DNA of 41,091 nt from Candidatus Eiseniibacteriota bacterium (GTDB lineage: Bacteria > Eisenbacteria > RBG-16-71-46 > SZUA-252), in NCBI GenBank assembly GCA_035716085.1, contig DASTKC010000198.1, forward strand, positions 1-41,091, in the 5' to 3' direction. The position numbers were made by a program, and so were the translations under genes. Positions 8,424-18,600 of this stretch are shown here, piece by piece. Every line of letters begins with the position of its first letter. Positions within the stretch are counted from its first letter, which is position 1. The notes under the pieces are model-generated. The model worked only from the letters and a program-made list of their open reading frames with translations. It was not told the DNA's origin and did not search any database.

Positions 8424-9848
8424 GTGGCCGCCATCCTGCGCGCGAAGATCCTCGCCGCGTGGCTGGGACCGGAAGGCACGGGAGCGCTCGCGCAGCTCGC
8501 CGCGTTCACCGCGGTCCTGGTCCCGTTCGCCACCCTGGGGGCGGGAAGCGGCGTGATCACGATGATCGCGGACGCCCGGGCGCGCGGCGACCTGGACCGC
8601 GTGCGGCGCATCACGAGCACCGCGCGGTCGCTGACGTGGGCTGCCGGGATCGCGCTCGCCGTGCTGTCCTTAGCGCTCTCCCCCTGGATCACCGACGCGG
8701 TCTACCGCGACCGCGCGTTCGTCTGGGCCATCCTGATCGGCGCGGCCACCATCCCGCTCTCCGGCGTCGCCTCGATCCAGATCTCGATGCTCCAGGGATA
8801 CGGCGCCGTCCGCGCGATGGCGATTCTGAACGGCCTCGTCGCGGCGACGACGATCGCCACGATCGTGCCGATGGCCTGGTTCTTCGGCGTGAAGGGAGCG
8901 GTGACGCAGCTCATCGTCCTCGCCGTGGCCCAGGTCCTGCTCGGGAACCGGCTCCTCAAGCCGTACGTGCCTTCCGCTCCCGCCGCGGCAGAGTCGACCG
9001 TGGATCGCTCACTCCTGCGCCCCATCGCGCGCTTCGGCGGGAGTGCGCTCCTCGTGGGGCTCTCCTCGACGCTCACGGTCCTCATCCTGCGCTCCATCAT
9101 CGTGGACAAGCTCGGGCTCGGGCAGAACGGGATCTATCAGGTATGCGTCGGCGTGTCGGGCCTCACGATGCCCCTGATCCTGAACTCGATCACCGCGACC
9201 GTCTGGCCCGAGATCGCCGCACAGCCGACCGACGAGGGGGCGGGCGTTCCGATGCGGAGCGGCATCCGTCTCTGCTTCCTCCTCACCACGGGGCTCGCCG
9301 CGGCGCTCATGGTGGGAGCGCCGGTCTGGGTTCCGCTCCTCTACTCGACCAAGTTCCGTCCCGCGCTCGAGCTCCTGCCGTATCAGTTCCTCGGCGATTA
9401 CTTCCGCGCCGCGGCCTGGATGTTCGGCATCTGGCTCGTGCCCCGGAATCGGCTCCGCCCGTGGGTGCTCTTCGACGTCGTGTACGGCCTCGTGATCCTG
9501 GGCGCCTTCCTCTTCCTCGTGGATCGGATCGGCGTGCGCGCGACCGTGATCGCGTACATGCTCGCCCACGTCAGCCACGCGGTGCTCCACTACGGCCTGG
9601 CGCGTCGCGCGATCGGATTCCGGCTCGGCCCCGACAACCGCGTGCTGCTCCTCGCGTCGCTCGCGCTCCTGCTCCTCCTCCTGGTGGTGCGCCCCGAGGA
9701 CACCCCCGGGATGGTGATCGGAGCGATCCTGACGGCCGCCTGGGCCGCGCTCGTGGTGCGCCCGCGCGAGTGGCGGGGCCTCCGCGACATGGCGCTGCGG
9801 CAGATCCGGCGCTTCGCGCCAGGTCCGGGGCGCCCGGGAGGGGAATGA
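8424..9848 (+). CDS. MOP-superfamily polysaccharide flippase (Wzx-like). The true start is probably upstream.
   Basis: About 12-14 hydrophobic segments, AWLGPEGTG after TM1. The first canonical start (GTG 8424) would truncate TM1. An in-frame CTG at 8367 lies 8 nt after GGGAGGG (8352-8358). Confidence 0.78.
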   Translation: MAAILRAKILAAWLGPEGTGALAQLAAFTAVLVPFATLGAGSGVITMIADARARGDLDRVRRITSTARSLTWAAGIALAVLSLALSPWITDAVYRDRAFVWAILIGAATIPLSGVASIQISMLQGYGAVRAMAILNGLVAATTIATIVPMAWFFGVKGAVTQLIVLAVAQVLLGNRLLKPYVPSAPAAAESTVDRSLLRPIARFGGSALLVGLSSTLTVLILRSIIVDKLGLGQNGIYQVCVGVSGLTMPLILNSITATVWPEIAAQPTDEGAGVPMRSGIRLCFLLTTGLAAALMVGAPVWVPLLYSTKFRPALELLPYQFLGDYFRAAAWMFGIWLVPRNRLRPWVLFDVVYGLVILGAFLFLVDRIGVRATVIAYMLAHVSHAVLHYGLARRAIGFRLGPDNRVLLLASLALLLLLLVVRPEDTPGMVIGAILTAAWAALVVRPREWRGLRDMALRQIRRFAPGPGRPGGE

Positions 9849-11503
9849 GGCCATCCGTCCTAGGGGCTATCCGCCGTCCCCCAGGCATGGCATCATCGTC
9901 GCCCTTGACCCAGATTCGCTCGATCAGCCATCGGATCGCCCCCCGCTTCGTCCTGGGGCTCACCGCCTGCTGCGCCGGCCTCCTCGTCCTGACCACAGCC
10001 TGGGCCCAGACGCCCGGAGCGGGCGTGTCCGATGATGCCGCCCGCGCCGCGCAGATCGACACTCCCATCGAGGGACGCGTGGATCCCACGACCTACCGCA
10101 TCGGTCCCGGGGACGAGCTGGCCCTCCGCTACTCGGACCTCCTCGAGCCGAAGATCCTGCGCGTCGCTCCCTCGGGCGAGCTCCTCCTGCCCGACGTGGG
10201 AACGTTCCACGTCGCCGGTCTCACGCTGGCGGAGACCCAGGCGCGGCTCAAGGAGGCGCTCAAGCCGTACATCAAGGGGAAGGGGTTCGTGCTCGCGCTC
10301 AGCAGGCCGCGCCGGTTCCGCATGCCGGTGCTCGGCGACGTCGAGCGCCCCGGCTCGGTGACGCTCCAGGCCCCGGTGCGCGCGTCCGAAGCGATCGCGG
10401 CGGCCGGAGGAGTCACCGCCACCGGAGCGAGGCGCGGCATCGAAGTGCGCCGCTCGAGCGACACGCTCCGCGTGGATCTCGTCCAGTACACACGCGGCGG
10501 AGACCTCGCGTCGAACCCGCTCGTCTTCGAGACGGACGTGATCTACGTGCCCCCCGCGCGGAAGCGCATCGAGGTTCTCGGCGCGGTGCCGCACCCGGGG
10601 GCATATGATTTCGTCCCCGGCGACCGCCTCTCGACCGCGATCGCGCTCGGCGGCGGCACCCTCGCGGACGCGGCGCCCGAAGCCGCCGAGCTCGCGCGCG
10701 TGCGCGCCGACGGAACCCGGAGCGTCGAGAAGATCGCGATCGCCCAGGCGCTCGAGGCGCCAGGCGGGGACGCCGATCCGGTGCTCGCGGAAGGGGATCG
10801 CGTCTTCATTCCGTCACGGTCGCACTACCTGAAGGGCGCGCACGTCGAGGTCGAAGGCGAAGTGGCGCGGCCCGGACCGTACCCGATCACGGAGGGCGTG
10901 GACCGGATCCGCTCCGTGCTCGAGCGGGCCGGCGGGTTCACCGACCAGGCGGACCGTGCCGCGATGCGCGTCGAGCGCATGGTGAAGGACGAGGAGCCCG
11001 ATTCGGTCTTCCTCCGGATCGCGCTCCAGCAGGAGGAGCTCCTCGCCGGCTCCGACCGGTCGTACGTGATCGCGAAATCGCGCGAGCGGCAGGCCATCTC
11101 CGCGCACGTCGGCGTGCTCCTCGAAGCCGGCGACGAGCGGGGCGATCTCCCGCTTCGCGACCTGGACCGGATCGTGGTCCCGAAGCGAGTCCCCTACGTC
11201 TCGGTCCAGGGCGAGGTGAGGGCGCCGGGCTACGTGCCGTATCGCGAGGGATGGAAGGTGGACGACTACGTGAAGGCGGCGGGCGGCACCACGTCGCGCG
11301 CCTACAAGAGCCGGACGCGCGTGACCTTGTCGCTGACCGGCCGCCCCGTGGCCGCGGAGGACGTCGGGGCGCTCCGCCCTGGGGACCAGGTCCTGATCCC
11401 GTCCAAGCCCGACCGCAATCCGTGGGGCACGATCCGCGACGTGATCGGCGTGGTCGCCGCCGCGTCGGCGATCGTGATCGCCGTGGAGGCGGTGAACCAG
11501 TGA
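9845..11503 (+). CDS. Outer-membrane polysaccharide export (OPX, Wza-like) protein with four SLBB-like repeats
   Basis: Signal sequence. Poly_export-like YRIGPGDEL. Four G-x-V-x-x-P-G...AGG repeats (VLGDVERPGS..AAAGG; VLGAVPHPGA..ALGGG; VEGEVARPGP..ERAGG; VQGEVRAPGY..KAAGG). C-terminal hydrophobic helix. ATG 9845 overlaps the flippase stop (ATGA); ATG 9887 is an alternative start. Confidence 0.85.
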   Translation: MRPSVLGAIRRPPGMASSSPLTQIRSISHRIAPRFVLGLTACCAGLLVLTTAWAQTPGAGVSDDAARAAQIDTPIEGRVDPTTYRIGPGDELALRYSDLLEPKILRVAPSGELLLPDVGTFHVAGLTLAETQARLKEALKPYIKGKGFVLALSRPRRFRMPVLGDVERPGSVTLQAPVRASEAIAAAGGVTATGARRGIEVRRSSDTLRVDLVQYTRGGDLASNPLVFETDVIYVPPARKRIEVLGAVPHPGAYDFVPGDRLSTAIALGGGTLADAAPEAAELARVRADGTRSVEKIAIAQALEAPGGDADPVLAEGDRVFIPSRSHYLKGAHVEVEGEVARPGPYPITEGVDRIRSVLERAGGFTDQADRAAMRVERMVKDEEPDSVFLRIALQQEELLAGSDRSYVIAKSRERQAISAHVGVLLEAGDERGDLPLRDLDRIVVPKRVPYVSVQGEVRAPGYVPYREGWKVDDYVKAAGGTTSRAYKSRTRVTLSLTGRPVAAEDVGALRPGDQVLIPSKPDRNPWGTIRDVIGVVAAASAIVIAVEAVNQ

Positions 11504-11505
11504 GC

Positions 11506-12549
11506 ATGGCGCTCGCGCGGCGGGACCGGGAAGACTTCATGGGCGTCGTGCGCGCGCGTCGCCGCTTCCTCGCGCTCAACGTCCTCGCGACCACGCTCGT
11601 CGCGCTCGGGATCAGCCTGATCCTCCCGAAGTGGTACACGGGTCGCGCGGTCCTCCTTCCGCCGGTGGAGGACGACGCCACCTCCGCGCTCAGCATGCTG
11701 ATGCCGAAGTCGCTCGGCTCCGTGCGCCTTCCCGGCGCTCCCACGATGGCGGACGTGTTCGTCGCCGTGCTGAAGAGCCGCTCCGTGGCCGACCGCCTGG
11801 TGTCGCGATTCGATCTCGTGCGGCGCTATCACCTGAAGGACGAGGAGCGGGCGGTGAAGGAGCTCAGCTCGCACGTGGCCTTCCGCCTCGGCGACGAGGG
11901 AACCATCACGATCGCCGTGGAGGACAAGGACCCCAAGACCGCCGCGGCCATGGCGAACGCGTACGTCGAGGAGCTGGACCGCTTCAACGTCGAGACGCGA
12001 ACCTCGAGCGCCAAGCGCACGCGCGCCTTCATCGACGAGCGCCTGACCCTGGCCAAGCAGGACCTCGCGAACGCCGAGGACCGGATGCGCGCGTATCAGC
12101 AGCAGCACAAGCTCCCGGCGCTATCGCCTTCCGCCCAGGGCGACACCGACGTCGGCGCGAATCTCATGGCGCAGAAGATCGCGCTCGAGGTGAAGCTCCA
12201 GGTGCTCCAGCAATCGCTCGCCGAGTCGAGCGAGGAGGTGCGCCGAGTCCGCCAGGAGCTGGCGGCGATCGACAGGCAGGTCGGCGGGCTCCCCCAGGCG
12301 GGGATCGAGATCATGCGGCTCTGGCGCGACGTGAAGGTCCAGGAGCAGGTCTTCGAGCTGCTGACGGCGCAGCTCGAGGAGGCGCGCATCCGGGAGACCC
12401 GCGACACGCCGACGGTGCAGGTGCTGGATCACGCCGTGGTCCCGCTCCACAAGTCGCGGCCGAAGCGCGCCCTGGTCGTGCTCGCGGGGTTCGTCATCGG
12501 TCTGGCCGGTAGTCTCACATGGGTGCTTCTGCACGACCGGCCGCGCTAG
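11506..12549 (+). CDS. Polysaccharide co-polymerase / chain-length determinant (Wzz/GumC-like), no kinase domain
   Basis: N-terminal TM followed by PKWYTG, a long coiled-coil periplasmic region, C-terminal TM (ALVVLAGFVIGLAGSLTWVLL). The alternative GTG at 11500 overlaps the OPX stop. Confidence 0.8.
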   Translation: MALARRDREDFMGVVRARRRFLALNVLATTLVALGISLILPKWYTGRAVLLPPVEDDATSALSMLMPKSLGSVRLPGAPTMADVFVAVLKSRSVADRLVSRFDLVRRYHLKDEERAVKELSSHVAFRLGDEGTITIAVEDKDPKTAAAMANAYVEELDRFNVETRTSSAKRTRAFIDERLTLAKQDLANAEDRMRAYQQQHKLPALSPSAQGDTDVGANLMAQKIALEVKLQVLQQSLAESSEEVRRVRQELAAIDRQVGGLPQAGIEIMRLWRDVKVQEQVFELLTAQLEEARIRETRDTPTVQVLDHAVVPLHKSRPKRALVVLAGFVIGLAGSLTWVLLHDRPR

Positions 12550-13946
12550 CGGCGCCTCCGTCCCGCCTCTCCCTCGGGGCTCTGGCCTGGATCGCGCTGG
12601 CCGAGCTCCTTCTCCTCCTCCTCGGTTGGAAGCTCGGCAGCCTCGCCTGGCCGCTGGCGGGCGCCTTCGCCGTCGCGTTCGCGCTCGTGGCCTATCGATC
12701 GCCCGAGACGGCCTGGATCCTGGTCTGGATCGCCACGCCGTTCTCACGCGAGATCGTCGTGGTGGGCGGCGCAGCGGTCTCCGTTCCCACCGAGCCCATG
12801 ATGGCCGTGGCCGTCGGCGTCTGGATCCTACGGCGCTGGCCCTGGCGCGAGGGCTCCGCCGGCCCGCGATCCATCACCCGTCCGCTCTTCGTGCTCGCCG
12901 CGATCGCCCTCGTTTCGATCGCCGTGAGCCGGTTTCCCTTCGAGGGAATGAAGGCGTGGATGATGGCGGCGCTCTATGTCGTGTTCGGCTACCTCTACTT
13001 CGTCTCGACCCCGTTCGATGCCCGCCGGGCGAAGCTCTGGATGGCGCTCGGGGTGCTGCTCGCCTCCCTCCTCTCGATCTACGCTTCGTATCGCGTCCTC
13101 TCGGCCGGCATCGGAGTGCGCTCCGCGTACGGCGCGGCGCGCCCGTTCTTTCCGGAGCACGGAACGTTCTCCGCCTACCTCGCCTTCTTCCTCCCCGTCG
13201 CCATCGTGCAGAGTCTCGCGCGCGAGCGGGGACGACTTCTCTGGACCCTCGGCTCGGCAGCGATCCTCGTCGGGATCGTGCTCTCGTTCACGCGCGCGGC
13301 GTGGCTCTCCGCCGTCTTCGTCCTCCCGCTCCTGCTCGTGTCCTGGATGCTGGGGCGAGGCGGCGCTTCGCGCCTGTGGCTTCCGCTCACGATCGTCGCG
13401 CTCGTGTCGGCCTGGATCGGGACGTCGCGCGTGGCGGATCCGTTTCTCGGGCACGCGCGCACCATCGTGAACAGCGGCAACGTCTCCAATCTCGAGCGCG
13501 TCAATCGATGGATGGCGGCGGCCGAGATGATCCGCGCGCGACCGCTGACCGGGGTGGGATATGGGGTCTACCCTGAGGCCTACCATCAGTACCGCCGGAA
13601 ATCGATCGTGACCGATCAGGCCCTCACCACGTTCGGCGTGCACAACGAGCTCCTGCGAATCCTGTCCGAGACAGGCTGGCCCGGACTCGCCGCCTGCCTC
13701 TGGTTCGTGGGGTCCGTGGCCGTCGTCGGGTTCAGGACCTTCCTCGACCGGCCGGGATCGGCCGAGGGCCGGCTCGCGCTCGGATTGATCCTCGGTCTCA
13801 CCACGTACGCGGTCCACAGCCTCTTCAACTCCTACCTGGGCATCGACAAGATCACCACGCCCTTCTGGGTCTTCCTCGGGATGACCGCGGCGCTCGGAAG
13901 CGCGAGGACCTCGAACGCGGCCCCGGACGAGAAGGACGCGGCGTGA
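12519..13946 (+). CDS. Wzy_C / O-antigen ligase family membrane protein (likely the polymerase)
   Basis: At least 10 hydrophobic segments. SFTRAAWLS, RPLTGVGYGVY, HNELLRILSETGWPG. Confidence 0.78.
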   Translation: MGASARPAALAAPPSRLSLGALAWIALAELLLLLLGWKLGSLAWPLAGAFAVAFALVAYRSPETAWILVWIATPFSREIVVVGGAAVSVPTEPMMAVAVGVWILRRWPWREGSAGPRSITRPLFVLAAIALVSIAVSRFPFEGMKAWMMAALYVVFGYLYFVSTPFDARRAKLWMALGVLLASLLSIYASYRVLSAGIGVRSAYGAARPFFPEHGTFSAYLAFFLPVAIVQSLARERGRLLWTLGSAAILVGIVLSFTRAAWLSAVFVLPLLLVSWMLGRGGASRLWLPLTIVALVSAWIGTSRVADPFLGHARTIVNSGNVSNLERVNRWMAAAEMIRARPLTGVGYGVYPEAYHQYRRKSIVTDQALTTFGVHNELLRILSETGWPGLAACLWFVGSVAVVGFRTFLDRPGSAEGRLALGLILGLTTYAVHSLFNSYLGIDKITTPFWVFLGMTAALGSARTSNAAPDEKDAA

Positions 13947-14055
13947 GGGCGAGGATGCGCCGCTGAGCGTCATCCTCATCGTCGCGAACGCGCTCGCCCT
14001 GGCCGCCGCGTGGGCCCTCGCGGCGAGGCTGGTCCCCGAGGGTCGTGGCACCGCG

Positions 14056-15960
14056 GTGGTGCTTGGATTTGCGCTGGTCCTCGCGTCGCTCCTCGTGGTG
14101 AGCGTCGAGGTCGTGGGCGCCTTGGGGCTCCTCATCGCGCCCATCGCGCTCCCGGGTGTCGCATCGGCGCTCGCGCTGGCCCTACTCATCTCGACGCGCG
14201 TCGTTCCGCGCGAGCCATCGCCGGCCGGCCAGCCCGCCGCCTCCGCGAGCACCGGCACGGGACCGGGTCCGGTGCACGTCGTCGATCGGGTCGCAAGTCG
14301 CGAGGCCCGCGCGATCGGGTTGTCCGCGGTGGTGCTCCTCCTGACCTGGCTGCCGCTCGCCTGGAGCCGGCTCGCGCTTCCGCCCGTATCGTGGGACGCG
14401 CTCACGTATCACCTCGCGTTTCCCGCCGGATGGCTCGAGCGCGGCGATCTCGCGACGACCGTCCCCGCGTCCGGCGATGCGGCAAACACCTTCTATCCGC
14501 TCGTGGGACAGATGCTCCTCGCCTGGAACCTCGTCTCGACCGGCACCGACCGGTGGACGGTCATCGCTCAACTTCCATTCCTCCTCGCGGGAGCTCTCGC
14601 CGTTTCCGGCATCGCGCGGCATCTGGGCGCGACGCGAGGTCCGGCTCTCCTCGCCGGCCTCCTCTTCGCCGCCACGCCGGTCGCGCTGCGCCAGAGCGTC
14701 GAGGTCATGCTCGACGTGGAGCAGGCGGCGCTCTTCGCGATGGCCGCCTACTTCGCGCTCCGCTCCCGAAGCGGGAGCCCGGGTGACGCCATCCTCGGAT
14801 GGCTCGCGGTCGCACTCCTGGCCGGGCTCAAGTATTCGGGAGCCGTTCTCGCGGTCCCGCTCGTCCTCCTCCTCGTTGTCTCGGGTCTTCGTTCGGGACG
14901 GAGCGGTGTCGCGAGTCTCGGCGTGGGTCTGATCGCGGCGCTCGCGGTCGGAGGCTTCGCGTACGTGCGAAACGCCGTCACGTGCGGGAACCCGTTCATG
15001 CCGCTCGAAGTGACCGTGGGCGGGCACGTTCTCTGGCCCGGATCGTCCCATGCGGCCGCCTACTTCGGCCCGAACGCGCCGCGTCTGGGATGGCGGGAGC
15101 TCCTCCTCTCCCCGCGCTGCGTTCTCGAGATGGGGGTCGTCTTCCTCCCCGCGCTCGCCATCCTTGCGATCGGCGCGCTCGCCTTACGCGGCTCGAAGGA
15201 ACGCATGTGGCTCGCGTGGATCGGAGTCGCGGCGTTCGCGCTGTCCGCCCTCGTCCTCCCGTTTCGGGAGCACCGGTACTTCCTGCCGGTCGTCGCGGCG
15301 GCCTGCGCTCTCGCGCCCGGACTCCTTCGAGGCCCGAGGTCGAGGACCTGGTTCGCGCGCGCGGTCCCGGTCGTCGTTCTTCTGCAGGCGCCCGTCTCGC
15401 TCGCCTACGTGGCGAAGGACGTCATGGTCCTCGGTCCGGCCGGAGCGGCGCATGCGTTCGGCCATGGTGCTTCGACCGGATACGAGAGCTCCCGGTACGA
15501 GCGATGGCTCTCCTACTGGAGCACGCGCCATGAGTGGGAGGACCGCGCCCACGCGCGCGCCGATCTCAGGGACATGGCCGCCGCGTGGGCCTGGATCGCC
15601 GGGCACACGGACCTCGCTCCCGCGATCGTGGCCTATGCCGGAGCGAACACTCCCTATCCATTCACCGGTGAAGGCTCGCGCAATCGCGTTCTCTTCGTGC
15701 CGCGCTCGGGCGCCGCGGACGGGACTACGTATCGGTGGGGAAAGCCGCCCGCTTCGGTCCAAGAACCCGATTCGACCGCCTGGCGCTCGAACGTTCGAGC
15801 CCTCGGCGCCGCCTATCTCTGCGTCGTGCGACTCGACGCGCGCTACGGCGGGAGCGGAGCGTTTCCGATCGAAGACGAATGGGCGCGCGCGGACACGGAC
15901 GGGTTCTCGCCGCTCTGGACGTCGGAGAACGCCCGGATCTACGGGGTCCGGGTCCGCTGA
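14056..15960 (+). CDS. Polytopic membrane protein, GT-C-fold (ArnT/PMT-like) glycosyltransferase candidate
   Basis: Many TM segments with a C-terminal soluble domain of about 200 aa. The hydrophobic reading frame continues upstream to CTG 13963, which lies 7 nt after GAGGA. The family call is tentative. Confidence 0.5.
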   Translation: MVLGFALVLASLLVVSVEVVGALGLLIAPIALPGVASALALALLISTRVVPREPSPAGQPAASASTGTGPGPVHVVDRVASREARAIGLSAVVLLLTWLPLAWSRLALPPVSWDALTYHLAFPAGWLERGDLATTVPASGDAANTFYPLVGQMLLAWNLVSTGTDRWTVIAQLPFLLAGALAVSGIARHLGATRGPALLAGLLFAATPVALRQSVEVMLDVEQAALFAMAAYFALRSRSGSPGDAILGWLAVALLAGLKYSGAVLAVPLVLLLVVSGLRSGRSGVASLGVGLIAALAVGGFAYVRNAVTCGNPFMPLEVTVGGHVLWPGSSHAAAYFGPNAPRLGWRELLLSPRCVLEMGVVFLPALAILAIGALALRGSKERMWLAWIGVAAFALSALVLPFREHRYFLPVVAAACALAPGLLRGPRSRTWFARAVPVVVLLQAPVSLAYVAKDVMVLGPAGAAHAFGHGASTGYESSRYERWLSYWSTRHEWEDRAHARADLRDMAAAWAWIAGHTDLAPAIVAYAGANTPYPFTGEGSRNRVLFVPRSGAADGTTYRWGKPPASVQEPDSTAWRSNVRALGAAYLCVVRLDARYGGSGAFPIEDEWARADTDGFSPLWTSENARIYGVRVR

Positions 15961-16934
15961 GCGAGGGACGCCCTGCGGCGTCCGCGAAGGAGAGCGGCGA
16001 CGAGCACGAAGGGGACCGCCGGCACGAGCGGGATCCGCCGGGGATCGAAGCGCCACTTGGACCAGACCACGAGCAGGAGCGCGCCCGCCAGCGCGGCGAA
16101 CCAGACCGCGAGGCCTGGCTCTCCCTGGAGCGCCAACGTGAGCGCGATAACCGCGGCGATGATGAAACCCGTGCAGGCACGCACGAACGGGCGGCGCATG
16201 CGAAACGGTCCCAGGCGCGCGATTTCGATGCGCTCCCGAAACGCGGCCGGGTGCCGCCTGGCGAGGAGGGGATCCATCTCGTAGCGCTGGGCCCAGCGGA
16301 TGGGATCCAGCCATCCGGGGTGCTCCCTGGGGTGCTCGACCCGTATCGCCGGATCGAACGCCGCGCGCGCCCCCTGCTCGAGCGCCGTGAATCCGAAGTC
16401 GGAGTCCTCGCGAAAGTAGACGCCCCGCTCCGGATCGAAAAACTGCTCGCAGTAGCCGCCGATCCGCTCGAAGAACGATCGCAGGACGATGAGATTGGTG
16501 GGGAGGAAGGTGAGCTCTCCCGGCTCGCGGCGCCGCGCCGGACTCCCGTCGGGGAGGACCGTCGCGCCTTCGAGCACGTCGGTCCCGGGGTCCCTCTCGA
16601 GACGCTGCGCGGCGAGTGCGAGCCAGTCGCTCGACGGGAGGCAGTCGTCCTCGGTGAACGCCAGGTAGTCGCCCATCGCGCGCGCCGCGCCCGCGTTGCG
16701 GGCCGCGCCCGGCCCACGCCGCTCGCGATTCGAGACCGTCGTGGCGCTCATCGCGTCGAGGCGGCGCGCGATTCCGGTCGAAGGCTCCGCCCCGTCGAAG
16801 CTGACGACGAGATCCCAGCGGGATCGATCGAGAGTCTGCGACGCCAGGGCGTCGAGGAGCGTGTTCAGGCGATGGTCCTGACCGAGAGTGGGAACGACGA
16901 CCGTGAAGCGGAGGGCGGTGGGATCGGCGGGCAC
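15939..16934 (-). CDS. Family 2 glycosyltransferase with C-terminal membrane segments
   Basis: FTVVVPTLGQ, GPGAARNAG, FTEDDCLP (DxD-like). Its 3' end overlaps the convergent gene by 22 nt. Confidence 0.82.
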   Translation of the reverse strand: MPADPTALRFTVVVPTLGQDHRLNTLLDALASQTLDRSRWDLVVSFDGAEPSTGIARRLDAMSATTVSNRERRGPGAARNAGAARAMGDYLAFTEDDCLPSSDWLALAAQRLERDPGTDVLEGATVLPDGSPARRREPGELTFLPTNLIVLRSFFERIGGYCEQFFDPERGVYFREDSDFGFTALEQGARAAFDPAIRVEHPREHPGWLDPIRWAQRYEMDPLLARRHPAAFRERIEIARLGPFRMRRPFVRACTGFIIAAVIALTLALQGEPGLAVWFAALAGALLLVVWSKWRFDPRRIPLVPAVPFVLVAALLRGRRRASLAQRTRTP

Positions 16935-16946
16935 GCGGCCCCGGGT

Positions 16947-18522
<1,576 letters not shown>

Positions 18523-18600
18523 GGAGCCGCAGTCTATCCAAGGCGAGCCCCGCCCGGCCAGGGCCTTGACCCCGGGACGGCCCGGCCCCAGGATCACGGG

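Noticed and set aside
8279-9844. N-terminal 520 aa of the 1074-aa plus-strand ORF that ends as the OPX gene.
   Set aside because: It is out of frame with the well-supported flippase and is Arg/Pro-rich. The OPX signal peptide and the ATGA coupling support a start at 9845 or 9887.
14046-14062. TGGCAC-containing sigma-54-like sequence. Related weak hits: TGGCCC at 33799-33815 and TGGAAC-N5-CCGC near 40470.
   Set aside because: The -12 element (TTGC) is missing or mis-spaced in the first two. The third keeps only the GG-N10-GC spacing with a poor -12 box. All are plausible chance matches in GC-rich DNA.
18523-18600. Divergent intergenic region with TTGACC and a CCGGG-acgg-CCCGG palindrome. The second divergent spacer at 26728-26795 is similar.
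   Set aside because: No acceptable -10 element lies at the right spacing, and the palindromes are short and GC-rich. These are probably promoter regions, but I cannot define the elements.
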